Assembly (NCBI GenBank): GCA_030704615.1
Contig: CM060732.1
Coordinates: 1-64,000 of the forward strand
DNA from: Takakia lepidozioides
Lineage: Eukaryota; Plantae; Bryophyta
Direction: 5' to 3'
DNA: 64,000 nt
Made by a program: the position numbers and the translations under genes. Numbering within the stretch: the stretch's first letter is position 1; each line of letters starts with the position of its first letter. Positions 37,110-50,700 of this stretch are shown here, one piece after another. Below the pieces are notes generated by a model, which was not told where the DNA came from, searched no databases, and was given only the letters and a program-made list of their open reading frames with translations.

Positions 37110-37322
37110 TTGATTGGTAATGATCCTCTTTTCCAGCACTTATCAGGAAAAATGTTCTACGTTTGGGACGGGAACCATCGGCTCCTAGCATGGATGGAGC
37201 ACATAGCCCAAGCACACCTCAACGAACTAGATTGGCATTACACCGTGAAGTGTGTTGTGCTCAAGGTGGCATGGCCGGCGGATCGCAATCTTCTCAAAGC
37301 TCCTATGGCGGACATAAACTCG
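37110..37322 (+). pseudogene. ParB/Srx-like domain exon fragment (copy 2)
   Basis: NDPLFQHLSGKMFYVWDGNHRLLAWMEHI..WHYTVKCVVLKV..MADIN (DGNHR at 37167-37181), ending at a phase-2 GTAAG donor in the same position as in the 45.6-kb copy. Confidence 0.78.
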
Positions 37323-37839
37323 TAAGTTAAAATATTGCTCCTTGCACTAGAACTTGCAATTTCAAACGCTCATTTCGTTGGCAATCCCCTCATATATTGG
37401 AACGTCAAGGAGAAGGCATCCAAAGCTTTGCATGCACTGAATTCTGTGAGGCCGGGCGCGGTCACCTCGGGATGCATGTCATTGCCTCCGCGAGCCTCTA
37501 AGGTAGTTGGAGATGTCTACATAAGATATCTGACAGTTCCCCATGTGGATAATGTAAAGTTGGCGCGGCGACTAGCTTTTCATTCATCCCAAAATTCCAA
37601 TCGTCGCTTCAAGTACACCTTTGCAAAGTACCGACGTTTCAGAGTGGCAAACCATCCGGAGTGGCTAGCAAGCTGGAGTGCGTTCAATGTCGCAGAATGA
37701 CGCAGTCTTTGTATTTCACGACTGAGAGATAGAGGAGGAAAGCTCAGGAGAGGATGAAGGGTAAGAGGTTAGGTCAGGAGTTTGAGAGAATGGCAGCGGT
37801 AGTGAACAGATAAGAAGGTCGGTAAGAGGGAGAGCAACG

Positions 37840-38651
37840 CGTTCAAGAGTGATAAAAAAGCAAGCATCCAACGATTTTTGTTCTCTCTTGAAGAATTGTC
37901 CATTTGCAGATATAGTCGAGGGGGTAATGGCTTGGCTCGAACAGGGCCTTGGGATACCCTAGGCTTCAGTACTTTCTCACATCGAGACTTTCCCCTCAGT
38001 AGAGTTTCGAAAAAGGAGTTCTGCATTGGATGATCAAAAATTTCTCTTGACTCTCGACATGTGGGCTTCTCAAGAGCGCGAAGACAACGAGCCAAGGAGC
38101 TGATTGTCAAGTTAGGATCACTTGGCCAGAACTCGTTGGTGAACTGAGCATAAGCACCGTCACCATGGCCATGAGTCACCATACCTGTTAGGGATATAGG
38201 TAGCTGACCCAGACCAGATGTCATCTTGTTTGTTACAAGGAGCCGAGGCAAGGTAGTCTTTGAGTGATCCATCTTATCGTGTATAATACACAAAAACTCC
38301 TCACCCATCATCGTTGATTCATTCCGCCAACTATGATAAAGCCTGCGACATGACTCTTGATGCTTCAAATGTCTCTCAAATTTCTTTTTGTGCTTTCTCT
38401 GCTCCTCAGTTCCGCTGACTGACTTCTGGATAAGATCTTTGAACATCTCACAATCTGTGCATTTCGCGAATTTTCCACGAGGTTTCCAAACCTCAACATT
38501 CCCGAAAACTTTCGTTCGAATTCGGCTTATTGTAGACTTCGACAATGCTTTCAAGCCCATTCGTTTGTTCGCCTTAACCAATTGTCAACAATGTATAGAG
38601 TTGGTAACGTATTTAGGATGGGACACCTCCCGTTGACATTGACATTGAAAT
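37840..38651 (-). pseudogene. Sola-like DDE transposase fragment
   Basis: FAKCTDC, HLKHQESCR, CIIHDKMD and LYLQMDNSSRENKNRWMLAFL. Truncated before the expected GHTH motif and cut upstream by an LTR. Confidence 0.6.
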
Positions 38652-41535
38652 TGTCGCGGCCCTTTGCCTTGAGGGCGGGGGGTCGGGACACAAGAGGGGC
38701 TGCCCCTGTGGTGGGGGCAGTGGCAACAATAGTTATGGGGGCTGAAGCACCCTTGAGTGCCCAAGGCACTCAAGGAGGCGGAGGCGCTCACTAGGTGGAG
38801 GCCCGCACACCAGGTTGCGGTGGGGGTGGGTCCACGAGGAGTGGTGGTAGTTTAGTGGGTCTTAGTGGGGGTGACATAGGACTCACCATGGGGCAGAGAC
38901 CTTGTGGTGGGAGTCGTGGGGAGTCTTGGGACTCATCACAGTCCAAGGGGGCCGTGGTGGGTGGGCCAAGACTCACCGCGACTCATCACCGGGAATCGAG
39001 GGTTTTCGAGGTGGTTCGCCATAAAATGACTGGGTTGTTTGTGAAACCCCCGCGGACAGTCACAAAAGTATATATAGGGAGTAGTAACCCCGAGAACCCG
39101 TTGGTGACCATAAACTAGTGAGTAAGCGTACGAGCCGGAAAGCGACCAAGGTGTGGGGAGCTGTTCCGGACTGCCGACAACCAAAGGGAATTTCCACTAG
39201 GCCCAAATTGAGCGAGGGTCTGGTGGAGGAGTAAAGGGGGACCGTTATGTCCCGGTGAGCAGCCGAAGCTCCAAGTTGGCCCGGCAGCCAGTTTGGGAGT
39301 TAGGCGCGCGCATCAAAGCGAGTAACTATGACTTGAAGGGGGAGCTTACCGAAGTGAGGTGCGTGACACTTGGTATCAGAGCTTAGAGTTCAATACGCGA
39401 TCGTCCTTGAGATTAGTCTCATCATGGGGTCGGGCAAGACAAAGCGAAAGCGGAACAGCCCAAAAGATGATGATCTTGGTGAGCCCGGTGGGGGCGACGT
39501 GTCACTGAAGCGACAATTGGAAGAGGCGATTCATGCTTCTGAAAGCGAGGCCGCACAAGAACGGGAGGAATTTTGGGAGTAGGAGCCCAAGGACTTCCCC
39601 GAGGCTCCGCCAGACCAACAGATGCCACCCATGCCAACAGCCTTTTGGGAAGGTTTGTTGGCTCAGTTTGGCGGGACGTTGAAAGACGTGTTGAAGGCGG
39701 CTAATGCCACTTCCACTAAGGCAAAGTTTAAGGTGAAGCCTAAGGAACCTTCGAGGGCACCTTCGAGGGCGTCCGAAATCGGAAGGCACTCAACACCTGG
39801 CTCTTGGAGCTAGAGTAGTACTTCCGGGCAGCCAAGTTGAGTGACGAGGATCGGGTGGAAGTGGCTCCCACCTATTTGAGGGCTATGCTCAACAATGGTG
39901 GCAGAAACGCCTTCATGACCAAGGTCCAAACCCAGAAACCTTGAGCTGGAGTGGGTTCAAGGAACTTATGAAAAGACAGTTTGTGCCCCTCAACGCGTCC
40001 TGGCTCATCCGGGACAAGATGAGGAATTTGAAGCAAACGGATGACATTTGGGGATGTGTTCAGGCTTTCAATGTGCTGTTGCTCAAAGTCACGGATATGG
40101 CGGAACCAGAAATGGTCTTCAACTTTGTGGCAAGACTGGCCCCATGGGCCAGGCGGAAGTTGGAGGTGAAGCCACCTAAGACTTTGAACGAGGCAATTGA
40201 AAGGGCTGAATGTTTCTCGGATGTCCCTAGGGGCGAAAGACAAGGCCGTACGGAGCTGAACCACAAGAAGACCTGGCGGGAGGGTGACTCATTTTGACCG
40301 GAAAAGAAGTGGGATAGGCCATGGCGACAATGACACATGAAAATCAAAGGGAGGGCCTTCACACGTCAAGGCGGCACCCGGTGCTCCGAAAAGAAAAATC
40401 AGATGCGGCTGCTTATGGCAGACAAAAGACGACCTTTGATGGAGTGTGCTTTAATTGCGGGGAGCCCGGGCACATGGCTAAGAAATGCGCGAAACCCCGA
40501 CAATTGAACATGACCCGGGCGACCACGGAGCTGTCCGAAGATTCCATCAGCCGCTTGGTGGAAGCGGTGGTCGCCAAGACTTGCAAGGTAGGCAACTACT
40601 CTTGTGAGTTGTATCAGGAGACTGGCCCCTTACGTAAAGGGAGTCAGTTAATGTTCGTGAGTGGGATAATTTCCGGAACTAACGTGTCGTTGTTGGTGGA
40701 CACAGGAGCGTCGCACTCCTTCATGACACCAGCAACGGCACGGAAGCTGGGGCTCCCGACAAGTGACGTGGGGGCCTCTATTGAAGTGCGTTCTGCCAAA
40801 GGAGAACCACAATTGGTGACGAGGTTGGCGTTCGATGTTCCTCTTTAGCTCGAGAATTGGGAGGGACGTGAGAACTTCACCATTTGCGAGATCGATGGAG
40901 TGGATCTAATTTCGGGGATGACCTTTTTGAGCAAATCCGGAGCGGTCATAGATGGTTGCAAGAGAATAGTCACGCTACCGTGTGGGAATGGTGGCGAAGT
41001 GTTACGGGTGTCGGAAACGCCCAACCCAGTGGGAGGGCGAATAAACCTGCTGTCAGCAAAGGAGTGGGCCGTGGAGGAGCCACACGAGCCCCAATTTTTG
41101 CTTTACGTAAGACAAGTGGAGGGAGAAGGCGATAGGGAGCCGAGCCTAGATTGGATCAAGGGGATCTTGGAAAAATACCATGATGTGATGCCGGAGGATT
41201 TACCAAGCGGCTTGCCACCGCGAAGAGGAGTTGACCACAAGATTGAGGTGATACCGGGATCGGAGCCGCCTGCCAAGGCGCCCTACCGGTTGAGCCACAG
41301 AGAGTTGGTCGAGCTGAAGGCTCAGCTCAAGGATCTAATGTCAAAGGGGTACATCCGGCCGAGTAAGTCACCTTACGGAGCCCCGGTGCTGTTCGTAGAC
41401 AAGAAGAATGGGACGCTGCGGATGTGTGTCAATTACAGGGCTCTGAATAAGGTGACTATCAAAAATTGGTACCCTTTGCCAAGGATCCACAACCTCTTCG
41501 ACCGGTTGGCAGGAGCGAAGTATTTCAGCCGGATC
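38652..41535 (+). mobile_element. Chromovirus Gypsy copy A (5' LTR 38652-39368, PBS 39371-39382, decayed gag-pro-RT)
   Basis: LTR TGTCGCGG...GTGACA, PBS TGGTATCAGAGC (tRNA-iMet), [24 protein letters not shown] and RT up to KYFSRI. The pol sequence resumes at 53034. Confidence 0.92.
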
Positions 41536-44500
41536 TGTAGGAACATTGGGCTTTTTTCTCTGGTGCCTCTGAACCAGGTCCCATCAGCTCTTGTGTACAA
41601 CCTGTCTTTGGTGACACAATTGCGCACAATGTCGGTGTCAACCGGATTGAAGTCGGAATCCAGTTTCTTGGCATCCCGGCCAAGGTCGCAGGCGTATGTC
41701 GGGCTCTTCAATAGCAAAAAAGCATAAAACACCCGAGTCTGCACAGGAAACCCAATTGCCTCAGCACATGAACTGTAAGTCTGGGCCGACTTCATGAAAG
41801 GTGGACAAGGACACGGGTGACATGTTGGATGGTAATAATTTCGTACTTCCCAGGCACCAACCTTTGTCCGATATTGTTAAGCAGGAAAACAGGGGGCTAA
41901 GTTGGAAGTCTGTGCAGACTTCCCATACTGTTCTGGGAAGCCTGTGCCAACTTCCAAAATGGGATGTGGACTGCGGCATTGTCGCGCACCTCACTTTGGT
42001 AAGCTCCCCTTCAAGTCATAGTTACTCGCTTTGATGCGCGCGCCTAACTCCCAACCTGGCCGCCGGGCCAACTCGGAGCTTCGGCTGCTCACCGGGACAT
42101 AACGGTCCCCCTTTTCTCCCCCAACAGACCCTCCACCAATTTGGGCCTAGTGGAAATTCCCTTTGGTAGATGGCAATAGCTCCCCACTCCTTGTTCGCTT
42201 TCCGACTCGCACGCTTACTCACTAGTTTTTGGTCACCAACGGGCTTGCACCGTTCTCGGGGTTATTACTCCCTATATATACTTCTGTGACTGTCCGCGGG
42301 GGTTTCACAAACAACCATGCCATTTTATGGCGAACCACCACGAATCGATTCCCGGTGATGAGTTGCGGTGAGTCTTGGCCCACCCACCACGGCCCCATTG
42401 GACCGTGATGAGTCCCAAGACTACCCACGACTCCCACCACAAGGTCTCCGCCCCATGGTGAGTCCTATGCCACCCCCACTAAGTCCCACTAAGCTACCTC
42501 CACCCCTTGTGGAGCCACCCCCACCACAACCCGGTGTGCGGGGCTCCACCTAGTGAGCGCCTCCGCCTCCTTGAGTGCCTTGGGCACTCAAGGGTGCTTC
42601 AGCCCCCCGTACCTATTGCTGCCACCGCCCCCACCACAGGGGCAGCCCCTCTGCGTCCCGACCCCCTGCCCTCAAGGCAAAGGGCCGCGACAGGCGTTGT
42701 TCAAACTGCTCAGCAGAACTCACTGTTAAATGAAAAAACCACTAGTGGACGTGGGAACATGTAGGAGGCACTTATGTCTTCAATGGGAACAGGGCTGGGA
42801 ATTTGGGAAGTCTGTGCAGACTTCCCACATTGACAGAGAATGGAACATGATGAACGAGGCAAAGAGGTGGTGGTTTGGGCTACCTGTGGCTGCTGCTCGT
42901 CGCCTGTCAAGCGCGGGAGGGCATTCATGCAGGTCCACTTCCTCTTCTCAAAATGAAATGGCGCATTGCTCGCTATCCATCGAAGGTCCATCACCGTCTT
43001 GCCGTCACCCTTGCAAAAAATGAGGAGTCGCCCCACATCATCCGTGATTGCATTTGCCAACGATATGGCAAAGCTGATGTGAGAAAGCTTCCGAACATTC
43101 CAATATGGCACAACACCCTCTGCTCCACAATTATGCACCATCTGCCCATTTGGGATATCCACAATGACGAGGTCAGCGCCTTCCTTCATGGAGGGTTCGG
43201 ATACCCCCCCACGCATAGGCTCCCTCCTCTTCTTGTGGCGCTCAATGAAGGCATCTACCATTGCCCTCTCCGGTGGCCACCTCTTCGTGGTGGATTCGGT
43301 TGCCAGCCGCTGCTCAACAAGTGCGAAGCTGTCACAGTGGATGCATTTCACCTCACAAGTCGGCACAGACTTCTGCAGTGGACGCGCCTCAAACAAGGAT
43401 TGTTTTATGGCTATGGGCAATGTCGTTGACTTAGGTACTCTGGTAGCAGCCCTCGGAAAAATTAAACTTCGGTTGGGGCCACGGCGTGCATTTGCTAGGT
43501 CCATTCCACCCAGATGCTCGGTGATCCCCGTTCTGCCATGCTGTTGAACCTGTTCGCCTTCCACCACCTCCACGTCCTCTGTCTCATCCGCCCCTTCCTA
43601 GCTTTTTTCCGTCTGGGCTTTGCCTTGTTTGGCAGGAGTTGACTGTTGCCAACTCTCTGAGCCTTTTTCGGCTTCTGCTTCCTGGTGCGGCCCTTTTTTG
43701 ATGCTCGCCGCAAGGGCCTCCGTGGTGTGCTCAAGATGAGCGACAGCGGCATTGTGGGCTTCTGCCGCAACGGTCTCACTGGCAGGTTGTCCGGGTGGAG
43801 GTGGTATTTCTTCACCTGAAGCAAACGTCTTATATGCTTCTACCTCCTCCACAGGGATGAAGTTCGGTGGGCAGTCCAACCACCAATAACACTGCAAATG
43901 GGAGGACCGCACGTACTCTGTAATCTGCTTGCGATTGTCCATGGTGCACTCAGACCGTGTACCTGCCCACTAAGAAACCATCGCCGGAATAGCCTGAATG
44001 TGTTTGTTGGGTAGAAGGTAGAAGTTGATATACCTGAAAAAATGAGGCATTTCAGATTCAAAAATCGGCACAGACTATTGCCATTGTCAGCATGTTGTCG
44101 GGAAATCTGTGCAGACTTCCCAACTACCACGTCTTGAAATACAACACAGGGTTTGCATTGTCATACCTGTACACAAGTTGACGTGCAGGCTGCATCCCCC
44201 CTGGCTGCTCTAGGACACCCCAGCTCTTGCGTGGGCCCTCCACCATCTCGCAGTGGAAAAGCTCGTTCCAGTACTCCACCATAAAATGCTCAATCCACCT
44301 GAGCAATCCCTTCATGTCCTCCATCTGACGCACCGCCAAAATCTTTGCCTTGACTAGAGAGGCCAGTTCCCTCTCCGCCACTTGCATTTGCTGCAACAAA
44401 CAAGGACTGTCAACATGGCCCTAAAATATCCACCAGACAATCAGATTACTGACATTTACATGCAAAGCCACTGCAAGTCTGTGCCGACTTCCCGAACTGC

Positions 44501-46441
44501 ATATACACGTGGAGATGAACAGAGTACCTGCCACCACCAAGTGGCCTTGTCCACCCAATCACTGAATTCCTTGTCCGTTGGTGACACCGGGAAGATTCTC
44601 CTATTGGCCGGCGGCAAATTCCATAGTTTCAACCACCCAATCTTCGCCTCCGCAGAAACAAGGCTGGTGGCAACCATCTGAAGTTTCTCAAGAGTCATCT
44701 CCGCTCTATCCAGGGCATGCAACTTGTTGTAGTATGTTGTTATCTCAAAAAGGAACCCGTCACCAAGGGCTGAATCACAGATAGAACTGTACTTGGCAAT
44801 CTTTGAGTGCCATTTAGTCTTACACACTGCCAGATTTGCATCAAAAGCTGATTCCACAATCTCTCCGCCAGTGTATCATCCGTTATCTCCCGGAATGACT
44901 CCTGTGCCATGAACTCGACAAGGCCCTCCCGTGTCAATGTCATCCGTGTCTCGTTTGTGGAGGCACTTGAGGTACACCTCATCAGATAGTGAATTCTTGT
45001 ACTGCTCAATTGGAGTTGTTGCGCATAGCTGGAAATAGTAAAGCTTGTGTGCCAGGTCGGACTTGACATTGCCCTCTTCTGTCACCCTGCATAACAACAT
45101 TGGAGTAAGCTAGAGAGGGAGAACAAGGTTGAGGAATGGGTAGTCGTTGCAAACTTCCCATACTATGGCAGTCCATGAAAGTGAGAAAACACCATTACAT
45201 GCAGAGCCATAGCAAGACCTGGGAAGTCGGTCTAGACTACTCACTGCCATTGCATAGCTCTGACTGAGTAGTCGGCACTGACTACTCACTCTCATGCTAG
45301 ACCACATATTGGGTAGTCAGCACGGACTACCCAAGCAGAGAAGCTCACCATCAAACAGAATGAAATAGCATTGCATGAAACACAACATGTTACATAAAGC
45401 AACTGCAGAAGTCGGCACAGACTCCTCAGCACTGTCACTTTGCATGGGAAATCGACACCGACTCCCCGCATCCTGCAGTCGGAGTAATCGCCGAGAAATA
45501 TTTGCAAATGTGAGCAGAACACTACAGGACTGACGATAGAAACAATGCTCAAATGAGCAGACTATGAAGAAATGTGAGCAATCTTACACGTTCATGTGAT
45601 TCATGGCCCTTCTGACCAAAGCGATGTCCTCTTGCTTCACATCCAGAATCTTTGCATTGACTGCATAGTGCCATTTGGGGTCGTCAGCATGCTGCTCTGT
45701 TATCTCATCCATCCACGCCAAGTAGCGGTGGTTGCCGTCATAGATATACAACCATTGGTTGCTCAAGAACTCCCAGGTGGTGCCCTTGATGGCCTCCTCA
45801 AAGCAGCGGTCCTCCTCCTACCAATGCATGTCCCAACTCGCTCTATCCTCGGCCGTGATGGAGGAAGCCACTCCTACGGTGTTGTTTGTTGCAAGCAGAA
45901 AGGACGCAAGGGCGTCGTTGTACCCATCTCCCTCAAAAAAAAGCTTCAGCTTCCCTACCCCGGGCCTTTCAGCTCGTCGAACAGCGGGTAGCGTCCTCAT
46001 CCTGCACAGGGGAACACGTGGAGGGTGGCCTTTTCAGAGAAGATGGGAAATGGAGCTGTAGGTGTGGTTCAGGGCGCTGTCTCTCAATGTCTTTAGAGCT
46101 CTCTGCCGTCTCTCTGCAGTGAGCACCACATGTATGCCAGGCGCTGCTGGACCCCTGGCATGCTGACCCCTGTGCGAGGTCCCTGCTCCCGGCGACGAGC
46201 GGTTTGATACCGACATGGGCGAGCAATCTGATTTCTGCTGCCGAGAGGAGGATGGGGCGGAGGCGTCTGCAGATCCAGATTTCCCTTTTGTGGTGTTCCC
46301 CCGCGCCTTCCCTCGCTCGCGCGCCTGCTCGCTGCTCTGCGAACTGGAAACAATGGTGCGGGTCCTCAGCACCATCTGCGAGGGTCTCTGCGAGGGTCTC
46401 TCAAGCTGAAAGTTGGGGTCGTCCTCACCAATAGCCTCCAT
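41536..46441 (-). pseudogene. ParB/Srx-like domain + beta-class amino-DNA-methyltransferase-like fusion gene (copy 3, 3' truncated)
   Basis: Exons at about 46441-45587, 45086-44528, 44390-44128, 44033-42884 and 41738-41536 with GT/AG borders. ParB-like VRR..GVGKLKLFFEGDGY...IYDGNHRYLAW (DGNHR at 45725-45739). MTase-like ADLVIVDIPNG (DIPN at 43148-43159), [34 protein letters not shown]. Several stops and frameshifts. Confidence 0.7.
41980..42692 (-). mobile_element. Chromovirus solo LTR inside an intron of the ParB-MTase-like gene
   Basis: Full LTR with TG...CA ends, reverse complement of 56275-57003; TSD GGCAT/GGCGT (4/5). Confidence 0.9.
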
Positions 46442-47712
46442 GGTTGCTGAAAAAACCGGGAGCGCCTCTCCAAAAGCGTTGCGACGTACTGCTGCAATCC
46501 ACGGAGGGGCAGAAGGCGTGGGCAGACTGAGCGATGAAGCGAAGGAGCAGGTGCGGGAGCGAAGAGGCGGTTTGGCGGAAGACGAGAAAATGGCGGCTTG
46601 GTGGAAGTCGCTTCGCGGCGACGCTACTGGAAGATTTTTCGAAGATGCGCCACTAACATCGCAGGCCCCAACGGGTGCCTAATCGACACGTGCGCTGCCT
46701 GAAAGGTCGTAGTCATCACCTGAAAACGCACAATTTCCGGCAAGTCTGCACAGACTTCCCGGCACTTCAATCCCCAACGCGTGACCACACGACACGTGCA
46801 GTGCCGCAAAATGTGACACGTAGCGCCTGAATGTGGAATTGTGATGTCTGCCTGACAATGATGTTTCCGGGAAGTCTGCCCAGACTTCCCGGATTATGTT
46901 GAAAACGGGTAATTGCCGGGAAGTCTGTGACGACTTCCCGGCTGGTCTATTCCCAAATCTAAGGGTAGACTGGACGCCTGACATTGCATGCAAGGACTGC
47001 CCGTTGGTTTTCCGGGAAGTCGGCACAGACTTTCCGGTGACATTGCTGTTAGTCCGCCAAAAGTTGGACTTTCGTGGCCGCCGGGAGTGCATTTCCGGCA
47101 AGTCGGCACCGACTTGGACGTTATATTGATGCCTGCCCCTAAAAACTGAGTCCCGACAGGCCATTTAGGCATATTTTGACAGTTTCTCGTCAGAAAATGC
47201 CGAAAGTCGTCACAGACTTGTCGTTTTCGTGCGTCCACGTTACACGAAAACTACATTCTGGTAGACCATTTCCGGAAGTTGGCACAGACTTTCGGCAGGT
47301 TCATTTCCGAAGAAGACATCATGAAGTGGGCTGCGCATTTTTTGCGGGTTCTTTTGCGGTTTGCAGCCTTGTGCTCAAAGGCAATTCTGCACCGACTTGC
47401 CGGTTCCATTTCGAACGGCTACGACGGACTTCGTGGGTCCATCTGCAGGATACGTTGCACTGCCGTGAAGTCGTTGCAGACTTCCGGCAAACAGTCGGAA
47501 TGTTAGGGATTTACGCGGATTCCGACAGGTAAGTTGCCGTTGGAAAATGCCAGAAGAATGTCGTTTGCTAAAGGCCAAAGCTGCGCCACCTGGAAAGTGG
47601 TGGACAAGGACCGCTCCATTTCAAATTTCTCAATGTACATACAAACACTGACATCATTTTGTTTGTACTTGCATTCTGTTCAGAGCACACCTTCTACTAT
47701 GTCACTGTCAAC

Positions 47713-50700
47713 ATGGCTGAGCGCGTTCGCCTAACCTGTCCATCTGCAAATGCGTCTATAAGAGTGGAAGCAAAGGATGGTTCGGTGATATTCGCAGACA
47801 AGGTTCTCACATCTCGGTTTGCATTGCAGCCTAGGACGGCTGTTTTCGAAGTCGAGGAGGTGGGAGAGGATGGCGTTGTGGAAACTCGGATTGTCAGTCC
47901 TAAACAAAATGATTTTGCGCGGGCCTATGTCATTCCACACGAAACAGGTCGACAATACATTGTATATGGCCAGCAAGCATCATCATCGAGTGTGTCGGCA
48001 TCCCTTACTCCACCGGCTGCCCATCCATATTTCGCCCACGTCCTGCGAAGACGGAGAGTATTCAGATATTGAGTGAGGAGGATGAGGACTGCATGGTGGT
48101 TGGCAGCAGACGAGCACACTCCGCACCTCCGCGCACGCGCGCAAACACCACGGAGGACGACGATGCACATGAGGTGGATGCCGATGTGTTTACTCCCACA
48201 CCCACAGATGCGGTTACAAATTCAATGGTGGACATCTTGCAGCTCCTACGCACCAGCGCCACATCCCGCTGCGAGCTTTCTAGGATCGACTTTCACAGTG
48301 TTCAATAGTGAAGGTGAACCATTTACCCAGAAGAGTAGATGGGGACATTGTGTACGAGTGGCCGCCGACAGAAAACACCAGTGCAGCGGGCCAGCTGGAA
48401 GGCATGGACCGGAAATATGACGGAAACCCATGGACTATAACAAAAACTACAAATCTGAAATTGCCGTGGTTAGTCAGGAAAGACACGGCAGTCAGGTTTG
48501 TTGCTCTGTCTCATCATTCCTGAAGTCTGTGCCGATTTCTCCTGTGTATCTTCGAATGAATTCAGGTATTATGAGAATGCTCTGCAATTTCAGAATGTGC
48601 GACCTTCTTGGAGAAGTCGGCACCGATTTTCTCGTGTGTACATTGGTATCTTGCGGCACTATGAGATTTTTCTACAATATCAAGAGTCCTGTAAGTCCTT
48701 GGAGAAGTCTGTGCCGATTTCCCAAACAGCACCAAGATGAGTTTGTCATCCCGCTTCACTGAATTTCTTCGTGACGCCGTGTGTTGCAGATATGTGAACT
48801 GTGTTGGGAGTTTGAAATGCGTACGGTCGACTTGCCCGTTTTTTTGTGAGGGAGAGGTATCACAATGACACTTTGTGGCTGGGGACGTTGGATACCAAAT
48901 TATAGTACCGGAGAGGACGTTTGTCTGCTCCATTTGCAACCAAGCTCCTACCTGTATGGAGGCTTGTACGGCAAAGATGTTTTACGTCTGCGGACCTCCT
49001 GCTATGACACGTTGTGCAGTCCATGTGGGATGCCACACCCATAGGAGTGCCACAGGCGCATCCAGAGAAGCTGCTGCACGTGCAAAGGAGGTATTGAGAG
49101 AGGAGCTCACCAGGTCTCCATCGGCACGACCAAAAGCTGTGGAGCTCAATGCGGTGCAGACCATTGTCATGCAGCATATTATGTCGGCCGATGGGGGCGA
49201 AAGATGCAAACTTGACAGCGAGGAGTTCAAGGCTTTACTGGATGCAGTTGAAGCATTTGGTAGCCCGGCAAACAAGAGTACCATCAATAGAATGAAATCA
49301 CAGACAGGTCGGGGTGACAAAATGACCAGCTTGCTGCAAATGAAGTCTATGTGTGGGTATGAGTATATCCATTCTAGCAGATTTCCCGGGCAAGGGAACG
49401 AGCATCAACGGTGCTTTGTCTTCAAAATGTCAACTGATGGGCCGGCATCCTGGGTGCATCTCGTGGATATGATGAATGTTGGCGGGCCATTGGAAAATAG
49501 CTAGGTGATGTTCGACAATGTTAAACGAATAAATGGATGGAGCACGATGGCCTGCCATGTGTACGAGCCCAACTACAGGAAGCTCATGACCATCGCCATT
49601 TGCAAGATGAAGTTGGAAGACACACCATCTCAAATGATTATGTGGGAGAGCATCAATGAGTAGATGGTCCGAGCAAGAAAGAGACCACTGCATTTTAGAG
49701 AATTCATGGCGGACAATGCGAATGCGAACTGGGCGGCGGTTCGAAATGTTTATGGTGGCGGGAACCCTATGCCAGGTAGGGAGAGAACTTGCAGATTTCA
49801 TTGGGGATAGAGTCTTCCGAGGCATACCAAGGACCTCATTCGGCCAAACTTTCAATCGGCACACAATAAATTGTGTGGACAGTGGAGGTCGGCCGCCACA
49901 GCAACAGAAACTGAGATAGCATTCATGTCAATCAGATAATGGTGGATATCATCGGGAGCGGCAACCGAAGAAGATATTCCCACCCTAGATAGCTGGCTTT
50001 TGTGGTGGACATACCGGTATGCCCAGCTCGGGTCATTCGTGAGGGAGGTAAGAATGCAGGTGCCAAAGTCACCACTACTATATCCATTGCTTTTGCGGTT
50101 GCTAACGTGAGTAGATGATGGGTGGACTGTCACCGCCAGAATCGGTGCTCGGGGAGTCTGTGCCGACTTCCCACCTCCGGCATCATGCATGCCTTGTGCG
50201 TGATAGGGAAGTCTGCACCGACTTCGCATTGGCTATTTTGACAGTGTGTCCAGCCACCTCTTTAAGTCTACACCGACTTCCCATGGCAATGCTCGGGGAG
50301 TGCAGATAGGGAAGTTTGTGCCAACTCACCATTGTGCTATTACTATACTGTTCCCCGAACCCAGTGCAACTCTGTGCAGCCTTCCCGTCCTTCTCTGTCA
50401 CATGGAAGTCTGCGCCGACTTGTCAGTGGAGTGCCACTGTGCCCAGGCACGTTTGCGTGTGTGCAAACTTCCCATGTGCAAACAGGGAAGTCTGTGCCGA
50501 CTTACCACTGTGGTTTTCTGATTCGGTGTCCCCAACCCTCTATAAGTCTGTGCCGACTTCCCATGTCTAGCTCCATGTCGCTCGGAGTACTGACAGGGAT
50601 GTCGGTGTCGTCTTTCCAGTATGTTTATTCCGTTTGTCTGCCTAGTCGCGTCTGTAATCCTGTGCCGACTTCCTGTGTCCTATAAGTGAGTAGTCCAAAG

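Noticed and set aside
41536-46441. Bacterial contamination or prophage as the source of the ParB/MTase sequence
   Set aside because: The gene has GT-AG introns at positions conserved between copies, a plant LTR insertion and a MULE terminus.
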